Below the pieces are notes generated by a model. The model was not told where the DNA came from. It worked only from the letters and a program-made list of their open reading frames with translations, and did not search any database. From Methyloversatilis sp. (GTDB lineage Bacteria > Pseudomonadota > Gammaproteobacteria > Burkholderiales > Rhodocyclaceae), in contig NZ_JAUYRO010000025.1 of NCBI RefSeq assembly GCF_030696805.1, positions 1,844-65,843 of the forward strand: a stretch of DNA of 64,000 bases. The letters are read 5' to 3'. Shown here in pieces: positions 46,715-56,192 of the stretch (positions within the stretch are counted from its first letter, which is position 1; each line of letters begins with the position of its first letter). The position numbers and the translations under genes are program-made.

Positions 46715-48796
46715 TTGATGCATTACTTCTGCCTGTTACTGTTGTTGCCCGTGTTGCCGGGCCTGGCGTTTGCACAAGCCTCGGCGCAGCGCCTGCACGA
46801 ACTGGACGAAGTCGTCGTCAGTGCGCCGTCGGCGGCCGACACCTTGCGTATGGTGCCTCACAGCGTCTCCATCATCACCACCGAAGACATCGAGCGTTCG
46901 CCGTCACGCACCGTGGCCGAGGTGCTGGGTCGTGAAGCCAACCTCAATATCCAGAGCTATTTCGGCCGCGACAAGGGCGCCACCGTCGACATGCGCGGCT
47001 TCGGCGCCACGGCGGTCAGCAATGTGCTGGTGCTGGTCGACGGGGTCAGGCTGAACGCATCGGATCTTTCCGGCGCCGATCTGTCGTCGGTCGCGCTGTC
47101 GCAGGTCGAACGCATCGAAGTGCTGCGCGGCGGAGGGGCGGTGCGCTACGGTGACGGCGCGGTCGGCGGCATCATCCATGTGCTGACAAGGCGTCCGCGC
47201 AGCGGGCCGCTGAAAGGTGAATTCGAGGCGCGCACCTCTTCGTATGACACGCAGGAACTGCGCTTCAGCGCGTCCGGCGGTTCCGGGCCGCTGTCCGGCC
47301 GCATCGATGTCGGTCGGCTCGACGGCGACGGCTACCGTGACAACGACGAACAGCGCCGGCGCGATACGGCGGCCGAGCTGCGCATCACGCCTGATGGCCC
47401 GCTGTCCTTCATGGACGTGCTGCTTCGCGTGTCGCGCCACACCGATGAATACAAGTTGCCTGGTCCGGTGTCGCGCGAACGCTTCCTGTCCGGCAGCGCT
47501 GCGCTGCGTCGCTCGAGCACCGCGTCCCCGCTTGACGGCGGCAGTACCGACGACCGCAAGTTCGGCACGCTGTGGCGCTTCGATGTGGGCGATTTCGGCC
47601 TGATCGAGTTCCAGACCGATCACCGCACGCGCGACAACCCGTATCTGATCGGTATCAATCCGGCACTGCCGCTGAGCGATCAGCAATACACGATCGAATC
47701 AACGCGGCGAGACGTGCAGCTGCGCTACGACCTCGAGTACAGCGTCTTCGGCCGCGTCCATTCGTTCGGCGCCGGCTTCGTCACACAGTCGTCCGACTAC
47801 CTGCGTCGTGACGCCGGCCGCACCGTGATCGACCAGTCCAGGCTGCGTACCGGCGACCTGAACGGTCAGGCCTGGTATGCCGAGACGGTGTTCCGCGCGA
47901 CCGATGCGCTGCGCCTGAACGCTGGCTGGCGCAGCGATGACACGAAAAGCCGTACCGAAGCAGCCACCTACCGGCGCACCTGCCAGTTCCAGAACGTGTT
48001 CATTCCGGGCCTGGGCCTCATCCCGGTGGAAATTCCGGGCAGTTGCGTCACTGGCCTCGAAGCTGACAGCCGTTACGTGTCGAGCACGAAAAGCCATGCC
48101 GCGGAGCTGGGCGTGAGCTGGCAGCCGGTGAAAGCGCTGGTGGCGTTTGCCAGCGTATCGCGCAACTTCCGCAACCCGAACATCGACGAACTGGCGCTCG
48201 CGTCGTCCGATCTGCGCGCGCAGCGCGGACGCACGATCGAAGCCGGCATGCGCCTGCAGCCCGATGACAGGCTGTCACTCGGGCTGACGCTGTTCCGACT
48301 GCGCAATCAGGATGAAATCTACTTCGACAGCACCGGCGTGCCGAGCGTGAACCGCAACTACGACCTGCCGACCCAGCGCACCGGCGTTGAGCTGGAAACG
48401 CGCTGGCAGCCGTCGACCGCGTGGCTGTTCGCTGCCAATGCCGGCTATGTGCAGCCGCGTTTCAAAGGTACCGACGCCGACATTCCGCTGGTGCCGCGCT
48501 GGACGGCGAATGCGCGCGCCGAATGGCTGCAGACGCCGTCGCTGCGCTGGATCGTTGCAGCACGTCATGCCGGCCGACGCTTCGACGGCAACGACCTCGA
48601 CAATCGCAGCTTCGCCGAACTGCCGTCCTACACGGTGTTCGATCTTGCGCTGCGCCTCGATCTGGGCGGTGGTGCGCAACTGGCGGCTGGCATCAACAAT
48701 GTGTTCGACAAGGTGTACTCGACCATTGCCTTTTCGGAAACTTACTATCCGATGTCCGAGCGCAATGGCTACGCCAGCCTGCGCTGGCGCTTCTGA
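46715..48796 (+). CDS. TonB-dependent outer membrane receptor (probable cobalamin transporter, BtuB-like)
   Basis: TonB box LDEVVVSA, plug (SIIT.EDI, DMRGFG, VLVLVDGVR, ERIEVLRG), C-terminal LRWRF. Position in a B12 riboswitch operon. Confidence 0.9.
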   Translation: MMHYFCLLLLLPVLPGLAFAQASAQRLHELDEVVVSAPSAADTLRMVPHSVSIITTEDIERSPSRTVAEVLGREANLNIQSYFGRDKGATVDMRGFGATAVSNVLVLVDGVRLNASDLSGADLSSVALSQVERIEVLRGGGAVRYGDGAVGGIIHVLTRRPRSGPLKGEFEARTSSYDTQELRFSASGGSGPLSGRIDVGRLDGDGYRDNDEQRRRDTAAELRITPDGPLSFMDVLLRVSRHTDEYKLPGPVSRERFLSGSAALRRSSTASPLDGGSTDDRKFGTLWRFDVGDFGLIEFQTDHRTRDNPYLIGINPALPLSDQQYTIESTRRDVQLRYDLEYSVFGRVHSFGAGFVTQSSDYLRRDAGRTVIDQSRLRTGDLNGQAWYAETVFRATDALRLNAGWRSDDTKSRTEAATYRRTCQFQNVFIPGLGLIPVEIPGSCVTGLEADSRYVSSTKSHAAELGVSWQPVKALVAFASVSRNFRNPNIDELALASSDLRAQRGRTIEAGMRLQPDDRLSLGLTLFRLRNQDEIYFDSTGVPSVNRNYDLPTQRTGVELETRWQPSTAWLFAANAGYVQPRFKGTDADIPLVPRWTANARAEWLQTPSLRWIVAARHAGRRFDGNDLDNRSFAELPSYTVFDLALRLDLGGGAQLAAGINNVFDKVYSTIAFSETYYPMSERNGYASLRWRF

Positions 48797-48798
48797 GG

Positions 48799-49779
48799 TC
48801 AGTTCCGGTGCGGCACCCGCGTGCTGCGCTGCGCGAAATAGAACCACTCGTTGCCCGGTGACGAGGTCGGATTCGGAAACACGATGTAGCCGTCCTGCGG
48901 CGCCGTGACCGCCGTGCCGTCGTGGCGGCGGCCGATCAATTCGCCGGCCCTGACCGGGTCGAAGCTGCACCAGGGGCGCGCGAACTGATCGTCGGGGTGC
49001 AACCGGTCCACCACTTCGGTCAGACGCAGCAGCTCGAAATCTTCGCGTGCTGGCGTCGAGGGTTGTTCCACCAGTCCGAGATGCGCCAGCGTATTGCGGA
49101 TGGCGCGCCAGGCGAATTCAGGCGCGGCCGGATCGTCGTGCTGGCCGCATTCCAGCGTCACTGCATAGCCGCCCATGCGGCGCATGTATTCGGTGGTGCC
49201 GATGCCGTAGTCCGGATCGGTCGACAACAGGTGGGCGCGTTCGGTCGGCGCGGTGCGGGCCAGTCGCTTGCGCACGCCGGTCGCGTAGGTGTCGAGCCAG
49301 CCCTCGACCAGACGGCGCGCACCGAGCCGCAGCGCCAGTGCCTCTTCAGCAGCCGCGTGCGAGAAGGCTTCCAGCGTGCCATCGTTGTCCTGCGGCCCCA
49401 GCATGGCGAACGGTTCGCCGCCGGTGTGGAAGGAATGCAAGTCGAGCAGCACGTCGTGCGCGGCGAGCAGCGGGCACAGCACGTTGGCGATGCGGTCCTC
49501 ATAGTCCAGCGGCTCGGCAACCGGACGCAGGTTGCGGTTCAGATTGCGGTCGCCGGCGCGCCGCTTCAGCGTCCAGGCGAGCGGATTGGTGATCGGCACG
49601 AAGGTGACGGTGCCGCGCACGATGACCAGATCGCCGCGCGCCAGTTCGTCGAGCACGCGCTCGATGCCGCGCGTGCCGCCGATTTCGTTGCCGTGTACGG
49701 CGCCGAGCACGATCAGGCGCGGCCCGGCTTCGAGACCGTGGAAGGTGTGTGAGGTAAGGCTGTGCGTGGACGGATTCAT
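48799..49779 (-). CDS. Succinylglutamate desuccinylase/aspartoacylase-family Zn hydrolase
   Basis: GAVHGNE, NLNR, LDLHS and TLECGQH motifs. Confidence 0.88.
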   Translation of the reverse strand: MNPSTHSLTSHTFHGLEAGPRLIVLGAVHGNEIGGTRGIERVLDELARGDLVIVRGTVTFVPITNPLAWTLKRRAGDRNLNRNLRPVAEPLDYEDRIANVLCPLLAAHDVLLDLHSFHTGGEPFAMLGPQDNDGTLEAFSHAAAEEALALRLGARRLVEGWLDTYATGVRKRLARTAPTERAHLLSTDPDYGIGTTEYMRRMGGYAVTLECGQHDDPAAPEFAWRAIRNTLAHLGLVEQPSTPAREDFELLRLTEVVDRLHPDDQFARPWCSFDPVRAGELIGRRHDGTAVTAPQDGYIVFPNPTSSPGNEWFYFAQRSTRVPHRN

Positions 49780-49795
49780 CGGGAGGAGAAGTAGC

Positions 49796-51382
49796 TCAGG
49801 AACTGCAGGACAGGGCGGAACAGCCGGCTTTGTTGCGCGCCCATTCGGGACGACGACCGGCCAGCTCGTCGAATTCGGGTTGTTCGTCGTACGGGCGCTG
49901 CATCATCTTCAGCAGCCGCTCGATCATCGCGGTGTCACCTGCGCCCGCATCGTCGATGGCGCGCTGCGCCAGCCAGTTGCGCACGATGTATTTCGGGTTG
50001 GTCGCGTTCATGCGCGCGATGCGTGCCGCGTCCGCTTCGCCGCCATCCGTGACACGCTGCGCCCAGCGCTGCAACCATGCGAGCAGCGTGCGACCGTGTT
50101 CTGCCGAAGGCCCGTCACCGCTGTAGAAGGCTTCATGCAATGGCGCCAGTGCCGCCGCATCGCCCGCGAGGGCCGCAGCAACCGGCACCGCGGCCAGTCT
50201 GCGGAAGAAAATCGTGAAGTCGCATTCTTCCGCCTGCAGCAGCTGGAACAGTTCGCTGCGCATGGCCTGTTCGGCCTCGTCAGCGGCCGCCGGCAAGCCC
50301 AGCTTGTCGGCCAGCATGAGCGTCCAGCGCTCGGAGAAGGTCTGTTCGTAGCCCTCCAGTGCGGCATCGATCGCGGCCTGATCGTCGATCAGCGGCGACA
50401 GCGCGGCGGCGAGCCGGGTCAGGTTCCAGTAGCCGATCTGCGGCTGACGGCCGTAGCAGTAGCGTCGGCCCTGTGCATCGGTGGTGTTCGGCGTCCACAT
50501 CATGTCGACGCCCTCGAGCCAGCCATAGGGGCCGTAATCGATCGTCAGGCCGAGGATGGACATGTTGTCGGTGTTCATGACGCCATGCACGAAACCCACG
50601 CGCATCCACTCGACCATCAGCACTGCGGTGCGGCGGCAGATTTCGGCGAACCAGTCGGCGTAACCGGTGATGTCCGGGAAGTGGTGCGTCATCACCCAGT
50701 CGGCGAGCTGGCGCTGCAGGGCCAGCTCTTCATGCGAGGCGAGGATTTCGAAGTGGCCGAAGCGCACGAAGCAGGGGGCGACGCGGCACACGATGGCGCC
50801 GGGCTCGTATTCGGGATGCCCGTCGTAGAACATGTCGCGCACCACGCGGTCGCCTGTCGTGACGAGGCTCAGTGCGCGCGTGGTTGGAATGCCGAGGTGG
50901 AACATGGCCTCGCTGCACAGGAATTCGCGCAGCGACGAGCGCAGCACGGCACGTCCATCAGCACGCCGCGAGTAGGGCGTCGGGCCGGCGCCCTTGAGCT
51001 GCAGTTCCTGCCGCTGACCCGCGGTATCGATCATTTCGCCCAGCGTGATGGCGCGGCCGTCGCCGAGCTGGCCGGCCCAGTTGCCGAACTGGTGGCCACC
51101 GTAGCGCGCCGCATACGGCTGCATGCCGGGCAGGATGCGGTTGCCGGCAAGCGCCTCGACCGCTGCATCGACGCGCGCCGGTCGGCGCAACCCGAGCTGG
51201 GCGCCCAGCACGTCCGACCAGGCCAGCAGTTCGGGTGCCGCGACCGGCGTCGGCGAGGTCAGCGTGTAGGACGCATCGATGACCGGGCGCGAGCGCATGT
51301 CGGCCGAAGGGTCGGCGGGCAGACTGCGCACGAACAGGTTGTCGAACTCGATTTCATCGAGCCGTCGGGCGGCAATGGGCAT
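49796..51382 (-). CDS. selO: Protein adenylyltransferase SelO (YdiU)
   Basis: YGGHQFG.WAGQLGDGRA, QLKGAG.TPYSR.ADGRAVLRSS.REFL.SEAM, HGVMNTDNMSI.G.TIDYGP motifs. C-terminus SCSS. Confidence 0.96.
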   Translation of the reverse strand: MPIAARRLDEIEFDNLFVRSLPADPSADMRSRPVIDASYTLTSPTPVAAPELLAWSDVLGAQLGLRRPARVDAAVEALAGNRILPGMQPYAARYGGHQFGNWAGQLGDGRAITLGEMIDTAGQRQELQLKGAGPTPYSRRADGRAVLRSSLREFLCSEAMFHLGIPTTRALSLVTTGDRVVRDMFYDGHPEYEPGAIVCRVAPCFVRFGHFEILASHEELALQRQLADWVMTHHFPDITGYADWFAEICRRTAVLMVEWMRVGFVHGVMNTDNMSILGLTIDYGPYGWLEGVDMMWTPNTTDAQGRRYCYGRQPQIGYWNLTRLAAALSPLIDDQAAIDAALEGYEQTFSERWTLMLADKLGLPAAADEAEQAMRSELFQLLQAEECDFTIFFRRLAAVPVAAALAGDAAALAPLHEAFYSGDGPSAEHGRTLLAWLQRWAQRVTDGGEADAARIARMNATNPKYIVRNWLAQRAIDDAGAGDTAMIERLLKMMQRPYDEQPEFDELAGRRPEWARNKAGCSALSCSS

Positions 51383-51450
51383 GGACGTTGAACTCAGGCG
51401 AGGCAGGGCGTACGCAGACTCTATTGTGAGCGATGTGTGTGGCTGCGGGT

Positions 51451-52416
51451 TCAATCGCGCCCGAGCAGCGCCACATATTCGCGCAGCGCGTCGGCGTCGA
51501 TGTCGCGCGTGATGAACACGACGATCGATCCACGGCCCGCGTCCGGCCATTCAGCCAGCGGCGTCGGCGGATGAAGCGTGTGCTGCATGCCATGTATCGC
51601 CACCGGCCCGTTGTGCCCCTCGACATCGAACAGCGCCTTCATGCGCAGCAGGCCTGGGCCTGCGATGCCCGGCCAGCCGGCGAGCCAGGCGTCCAGTCGC
51701 TCAGCGGCAATCGGCCGCTCGAAGGCATAGCTGTCCGCGCGAATGGCGTGCGGTGCGTCCGTCATCACGGGATGAAAGCGCGCTGACCGGGGCGGTGGCG
51801 CATCAAGCAGCGCCATCAGCCCGGCGTCATCGGCCGTCGCCTGAAGGTCGGTATGTGGCGCAAAGGGATTGATGCGTTCGAGCTTGGTACGCAGCACACC
51901 GAGCGCGTGGGCGTCGGACAAATCCGACTTGCTGATCAGCAGGCGGTCGGCGGCGGCGATCTGGCGTACGGCTTCATCCTGTGTCGCCAGCGTGCCCGCG
52001 GCGTGCAGCGCGTCCACAACGGTCAGCGTGCAGTGCAGACGGTAGCGGGCGGCGATGCGGGCGTCCTGCGTCAGCGTGCGCAGGATGGGCGCCGGGTCGG
52101 CGAGACCGGTCGTTTCTATGACGATGCGTTCGAACTGCCGGCGCCCGACGCGCGCGAAGCGCCAGTGCGCGTCGCGCAGCGTCTGCGCCAGATCACCACG
52201 CAGGCTGCAGCAGACGCATCCGCCCGGCAGTTCGACCACCGGCTGTTCCGCCGAGTGGGTCACCAGCAGATGGTCGAGCGAGGCGTCGCCGTACTCGTTG
52301 ATGATGACCAGCGTGTCGGCCATTCCGGGTGAGGCGAGCAGGCGGTTCAGCAGCGTGGTCTTTCCGCTGCCCAAAAAACCGGTCAGCAGGATGATCGGAA
52401 GCGGGCGGTCGCTCAT
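51451..52416 (-). CDS. COG0523/CobW-family G3E metallochaperone GTPase
   Basis: LTGFLGSGKTT, INEYG, GGCVCCS, IETTGLADP, SKSD and LR.K motifs. Confidence 0.9.
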   Translation of the reverse strand: MSDRPLPIILLTGFLGSGKTTLLNRLLASPGMADTLVIINEYGDASLDHLLVTHSAEQPVVELPGGCVCCSLRGDLAQTLRDAHWRFARVGRRQFERIVIETTGLADPAPILRTLTQDARIAARYRLHCTLTVVDALHAAGTLATQDEAVRQIAAADRLLISKSDLSDAHALGVLRTKLERINPFAPHTDLQATADDAGLMALLDAPPPRSARFHPVMTDAPHAIRADSYAFERPIAAERLDAWLAGWPGIAGPGLLRMKALFDVEGHNGPVAIHGMQHTLHPPTPLAEWPDAGRGSIVVFITRDIDADALREYVALLGRD

Positions 52417-53357
52417 GCGGGCACGCCGTCGAGCAGCGCGGCGCGGGTGCGCGGACTCGCCAGTTGCTGCAGCCACCAGTCGAGCGCGCGACCGCGCGGG
52501 CCGGTGCGCCAGGCGATCGAGAAGCGGGCGACCTTCGTGTCGCCGGTGTCCTTCGCCACCAGTCGCCCGGCCGCGATGTGGGCGCGCACGCGGCTTTCCG
52601 GCAGGAAGCCGCAACCCAGACCGCGCAGCTGTGCGTCGATCTTCATGTCGAGCGTCGGCACGGTGAGTACGTCCTGTCCCGGCTGCAGATTGCGCGATAC
52701 GGGCGACAGTTTCAGCGCGCTGTCGGCGATGGCGACGGCGCGATGCATGCGGATGACTGCCGGTGTCAGCACGGACGCGATGCGTGCCAGCGGATGCTGC
52801 GGTGCCACGACGAACACGAATGGAACGTCGCCCAGCGGCTCGATCTGCACGCCGCTGACCCGGCTGTCGTCGGCATCGACGCCGATCGCCAGGTCGGCCG
52901 AACCGGTCAGCAAGGCCTCCCAGGTGCCGGACAGCACCTCCTGGCGCAGCCGGATGCGCGTGGGTGGCGGCAGTCGGGCGGTGTCGCGCTGGCCGTAGAA
53001 AGCGTCCACCAGATCGAGCAGCGTATGCGGACAGAACAGTGCGTTGGCGGCGATCGCGAGCTGGCCTTCCCAGCCGCTGGCGACCCGCTTCACGCGGCTG
53101 GCGACGGCATCCATCTCGATCAGCAGGCGACGCCCTTCCGACAGCAGTTCGCGACCGGCCGGCGTCAGAACGGCGCTGCGGCTGGCGCGATCGAACAGCA
53201 GCACGTCGAGTGCGTCTTCCAGCTGACGCACGCTGTAGCTGAGCGCCGACGGCACCTTGCCGAGCACGCGCGCCGCGGCGGCAAAGCTGCCGGCTTCGTC
53301 GATGGTGGCGATCAGGCGGATCGCTTCAGGGTTCAGCGGGTGGTCGTGGTCGCTCAT
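52413..53357 (-). CDS. LysR-family regulator (YhaJ-like)
   Basis: GSFAAAA..L.KVPSALSY.VR.LE..L...LFDR, E.L.GTWEAL and VA.ADS motifs. Divergent from pirin. Confidence 0.92.
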   Translation of the reverse strand: MSDHDHPLNPEAIRLIATIDEAGSFAAAARVLGKVPSALSYSVRQLEDALDVLLFDRASRSAVLTPAGRELLSEGRRLLIEMDAVASRVKRVASGWEGQLAIAANALFCPHTLLDLVDAFYGQRDTARLPPPTRIRLRQEVLSGTWEALLTGSADLAIGVDADDSRVSGVQIEPLGDVPFVFVVAPQHPLARIASVLTPAVIRMHRAVAIADSALKLSPVSRNLQPGQDVLTVPTLDMKIDAQLRGLGCGFLPESRVRAHIAAGRLVAKDTGDTKVARFSIAWRTGPRGRALDWWLQQLASPRTRAALLDGVPA

Positions 53358-53417
53358 GGGGTGTTCAGGGGGTGAGGTGGCCGGGCGGCAGGCCCTGCGT
53401 TCGCGCGTGACTGGAGA

Positions 53418-53430
53418 TCAAATATTTTGA
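53418..53430. promoter_or_regulatory. LysR T-N11-A operator
   Basis: Palindrome TCAAA-TAT-TTTGA in the lysR/pirin divergent region. Confidence 0.7.
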
Positions 53431-53515
53431 ATGATGATATCAGCGCCATGCGGACACGCCAGTGTTCCAGATCAGCACAATTCAGTCATCGACAAACAAA
53501 TCAAGGAGATGGGCC

Positions 53516-54229
53516 ATGATCAGTCTGCGCAAATCTTCAGAACGCGGTTTTGACGACCACGGCTGGGGGCAATCGCATTTCAGCTTTTCGTTCGCTGACT
53601 ACCACGACCCGGAGCACATGGGATTCGGCGTGCTGCGCGCGCTGATGGAAGACACGATCGCACCCGGAGGCGGATTCGGCACCCACCCGCATCGCGACAT
53701 GGAAATCGTCACCGTCGTGCTGGCCGGCGAACTGACCCATCGCGATTCGATGGGCCATACCGGGGTGCTGCGCGCCGGTGATGTGCAGCGCATGAGCGCC
53801 GGCCACGGCGTGCTGCACAGCGAATGGAACCACGGTCGTGACGACTCCGTGCGCATGCTGCAGATCTGGCTGCTGCCGCAAGCGCGTGGCATCGCGCCGG
53901 GTTACGCACAGGCGCACTTTCCGGCCGCTGCACAGCGCGGGCGCCTGCAGACGCTGGTCCATCCACCGGCGCGCGATGGCGCACTTGGCATCCATGCGGA
54001 TGTGGCGCTGCTTGCCATGCGGCTCGAAGCGGGCGACACGCCGGTCAGCCACCCGTTGGCCCGCGGCCGCAAGGCCTATGTGCATCTGGTGGATGGCGCG
54101 CTGAGCGTCAACGGGCAGCGGCTGCTGGGCGGCGACGCGCTGAAGCTGGACGATGAAACCGAAGTGATCTTTGAACACGGGCAGGGCGCCCATGCGCTGC
54201 TGTTCGACCTTGGCAATCCCGCATCTTGA
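53516..54229 (+). CDS. Pirin-family protein (YhhW/YhaK-like)
   Basis: S.FSFSFA.YHDP..MGFG.LR, GFG.HPHRDMEI, H.DSMG, Q.MSAG.GV.HSE.N and LQIW motifs. Confidence 0.92.
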   Translation: MISLRKSSERGFDDHGWGQSHFSFSFADYHDPEHMGFGVLRALMEDTIAPGGGFGTHPHRDMEIVTVVLAGELTHRDSMGHTGVLRAGDVQRMSAGHGVLHSEWNHGRDDSVRMLQIWLLPQARGIAPGYAQAHFPAAAQRGRLQTLVHPPARDGALGIHADVALLAMRLEAGDTPVSHPLARGRKAYVHLVDGALSVNGQRLLGGDALKLDDETEVIFEHGQGAHALLFDLGNPAS

Positions 54230-54243
54230 TGAAGGAGTCCGGC

Positions 54244-54813
54244 ATGACACAGGTAGCGATCGTTTATCACAGTGGCTATGGCCACACCCGCCGCATGGCC
54301 CGAGCCGTCGCCGACGGCGCCGCGCTGGCGGCCGAAGTCCATGCCATCGAAGTCGACGCAGAAGGCAATGTGCCTGACGCGGCATGGGACACGCTGGCGA
54401 CCGCCGATGCCATCGTGTTCGGCAGCCCGACCTACATGGGCACTGTGTCGTGGCAGTTCAAGAAATTCGCCGATGCGAGTTCGAAGCCGTGGTTCGGTCA
54501 GAAATGGAAGGACAAGCTGGCAGCCGGCTTCACGAATTCCGCCTCGATGAACGGCGACAAGCATTCGACGCTGCACTATCTGATGACGCTGGCGATGCAG
54601 CACAGCATGCTCTGGGTCGGTACCGGCCTGATGCCGAGCAACAGCAAGGCAGCCACGCGCAACGACATCAACTATGTGGCGTCCTTCGCCGGCGCGATGG
54701 CGTCGACGCCGTCCGATGCGTCGGTCGACGAAATGCTTGATGGGGACCTGCAGACTGCACGGCTGTTCGGTCAGCGGGTGGCGGAGCAGGCGGCGCGGCT
54801 GGCTGCTCACTGA
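54244..54813 (+). CDS. Flavodoxin-like NAD(P)H:quinone oxidoreductase (WrbA-like)
   Basis: YHSGYGHT, FGSPTYMG, K.F.DAS and AAGFTNS.S.NGDK motifs. Confidence 0.9.
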   Translation: MTQVAIVYHSGYGHTRRMARAVADGAALAAEVHAIEVDAEGNVPDAAWDTLATADAIVFGSPTYMGTVSWQFKKFADASSKPWFGQKWKDKLAAGFTNSASMNGDKHSTLHYLMTLAMQHSMLWVGTGLMPSNSKAATRNDINYVASFAGAMASTPSDASVDEMLDGDLQTARLFGQRVAEQAARLAAH

Positions 54814-54854
54814 GAGGCGGGGTGGCGGGTGTCACGTACAACCCGCCGTGCTGC

Positions 54855-55229
54855 TCAGGACAGTTCCGGAAAACGCTCCAGCCAGCCCCAGGCGATGAAC
54901 AACACGATGGACACCACACCGGTCCACGTACCGGTGACGAAACAGCAGGCGGCCGGAATGACCAGACCGGCGGCATCGTCAAAGAAATGACCGAAAGTGA
55001 AGAAGAATGCCGTAAAAACCAGCCACTTCAGGATGAAGCCCGGCAGATGGCGGCGCATCAAACGGTTGTGGCGGTAGCTTTGCACACGCTCCAGCCAGCT
55101 GCCACGCGTGCAGTCGCGGAAATACAGGAAAGGCCAGACGAAGCGCCACCAGACGCGCCAGAACGGCTCGGCTGGCGAGGTCAACAAGTCAGCCGGCTCG
55201 ACGCCGGCTTCGGGTGCATCGCGAGACAT
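54855..55229 (-). CDS. Small hypothetical membrane protein
   Basis: Trp/Phe-rich ORF, FLYFRDC..G...ER..SYRHNR, two C-terminal TM segments, fills the gap, RBS GGAGGA. Confidence 0.7.
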   Translation of the reverse strand: MSRDAPEAGVEPADLLTSPAEPFWRVWWRFVWPFLYFRDCTRGSWLERVQSYRHNRLMRRHLPGFILKWLVFTAFFFTFGHFFDDAAGLVIPAACCFVTGTWTGVVSIVLFIAWGWLERFPELS

Positions 55230-55320
55230 TTCGCGTCCTCCTTCTTCATCTCATCCGTCCGCTCTAACGGCTCGATGACACGCAGGTTGAGGTAGGCGCA
55301 CCCGGGACCGGACGCAGAAC

Positions 55321-56139
55321 TTATTTGACCGAAGCCTTCTGGCGAAGTTCGTTCACGTGAGCGGCGATGGTCTGCTGTTCGAGGCGCTGGGCGATCTGCG
55401 CCTTGGCTTCTTCGAACGGCGGCACCTTCAGGTCGCGCACGTCTTCCAGCTTGATCACGTGGTAGCCAAAGTCAGTGCGGATCGGCTGCGGCGTGAACTT
55501 GCCCTTTTCGAGCTTGGTCAGTGCGTCCGAGAACGGCTTCACGTACTGCGCCGGCGCGCTCCAGCCGAGGTCGCCACCGCGGTCCTTCGAGCCCGGATCT
55601 TCCGAGTCCTTGGCCAGATCTTCAAACTTTTCGCCGACCTGCAGCTTGCCGATGATTTCCTTCGCCTTGTCCTCGGTCTTCACCAGGATGTGGCGCGCCT
55701 TGTATTCCTTGTCGCCCAGACCGGCTTTCACCTTGTCGTACTCGGCCTTGACGGTCGCTTCGCTGACCGGGTTGGCGCGCACGTACTCCTGCAGATAAGC
55801 CTGGATCAGCACGGCCTGGCGGGCCAGATCGGCTTGATGCATCAGCGCGGCGTTCTTGTCCAGCCCCTTGGTTGCGGCAGCCTGCGTCAGCACTTCGCGG
55901 CGGATCAGCTCTTCACGCACGGCGGTTCGCAGTTGTTCGCCGTCCTGCTGGCCCTGGGCAATCTGGTTGCGCACCATGATGTCGGCACGGCCCTGCGGGA
56001 TGGTCTTGCCATTGACCGTGGCGAGCACGCCCTCGGCCGAAGCGGCAGCCGGCTTTTCCTTCGCCTTTTGCTGCGCCATCGCCGGCAAGGCGAAGGCAGT
56101 CATGACGGCAAGGGACAGAATCGAGAACGTGTGTTTCAT
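55321..56139 (-). CDS. PpiC-type peptidyl-prolyl isomerase (periplasmic)
   Basis: Signal peptide, EY.ARHILV, S.DPGSK..GGDLGW and FGYHVIKLED.R motifs. Confidence 0.93.
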   Translation of the reverse strand: MKHTFSILSLAVMTAFALPAMAQQKAKEKPAAASAEGVLATVNGKTIPQGRADIMVRNQIAQGQQDGEQLRTAVREELIRREVLTQAAATKGLDKNAALMHQADLARQAVLIQAYLQEYVRANPVSEATVKAEYDKVKAGLGDKEYKARHILVKTEDKAKEIIGKLQVGEKFEDLAKDSEDPGSKDRGGDLGWSAPAQYVKPFSDALTKLEKGKFTPQPIRTDFGYHVIKLEDVRDLKVPPFEEAKAQIAQRLEQQTIAAHVNELRQKASVK

Positions 56140-56192
56140 CGGGTTACCTTTCTGGGTGAATGCCAGGTACTGCTGAATGGACAATTCGTCGA

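Noticed and set aside
49796-49810. Sec recoding at the selO TGA stop
   Set aside because: The protein already ends in the Cys-type SCSS motif and no SECIS-like hairpin follows.
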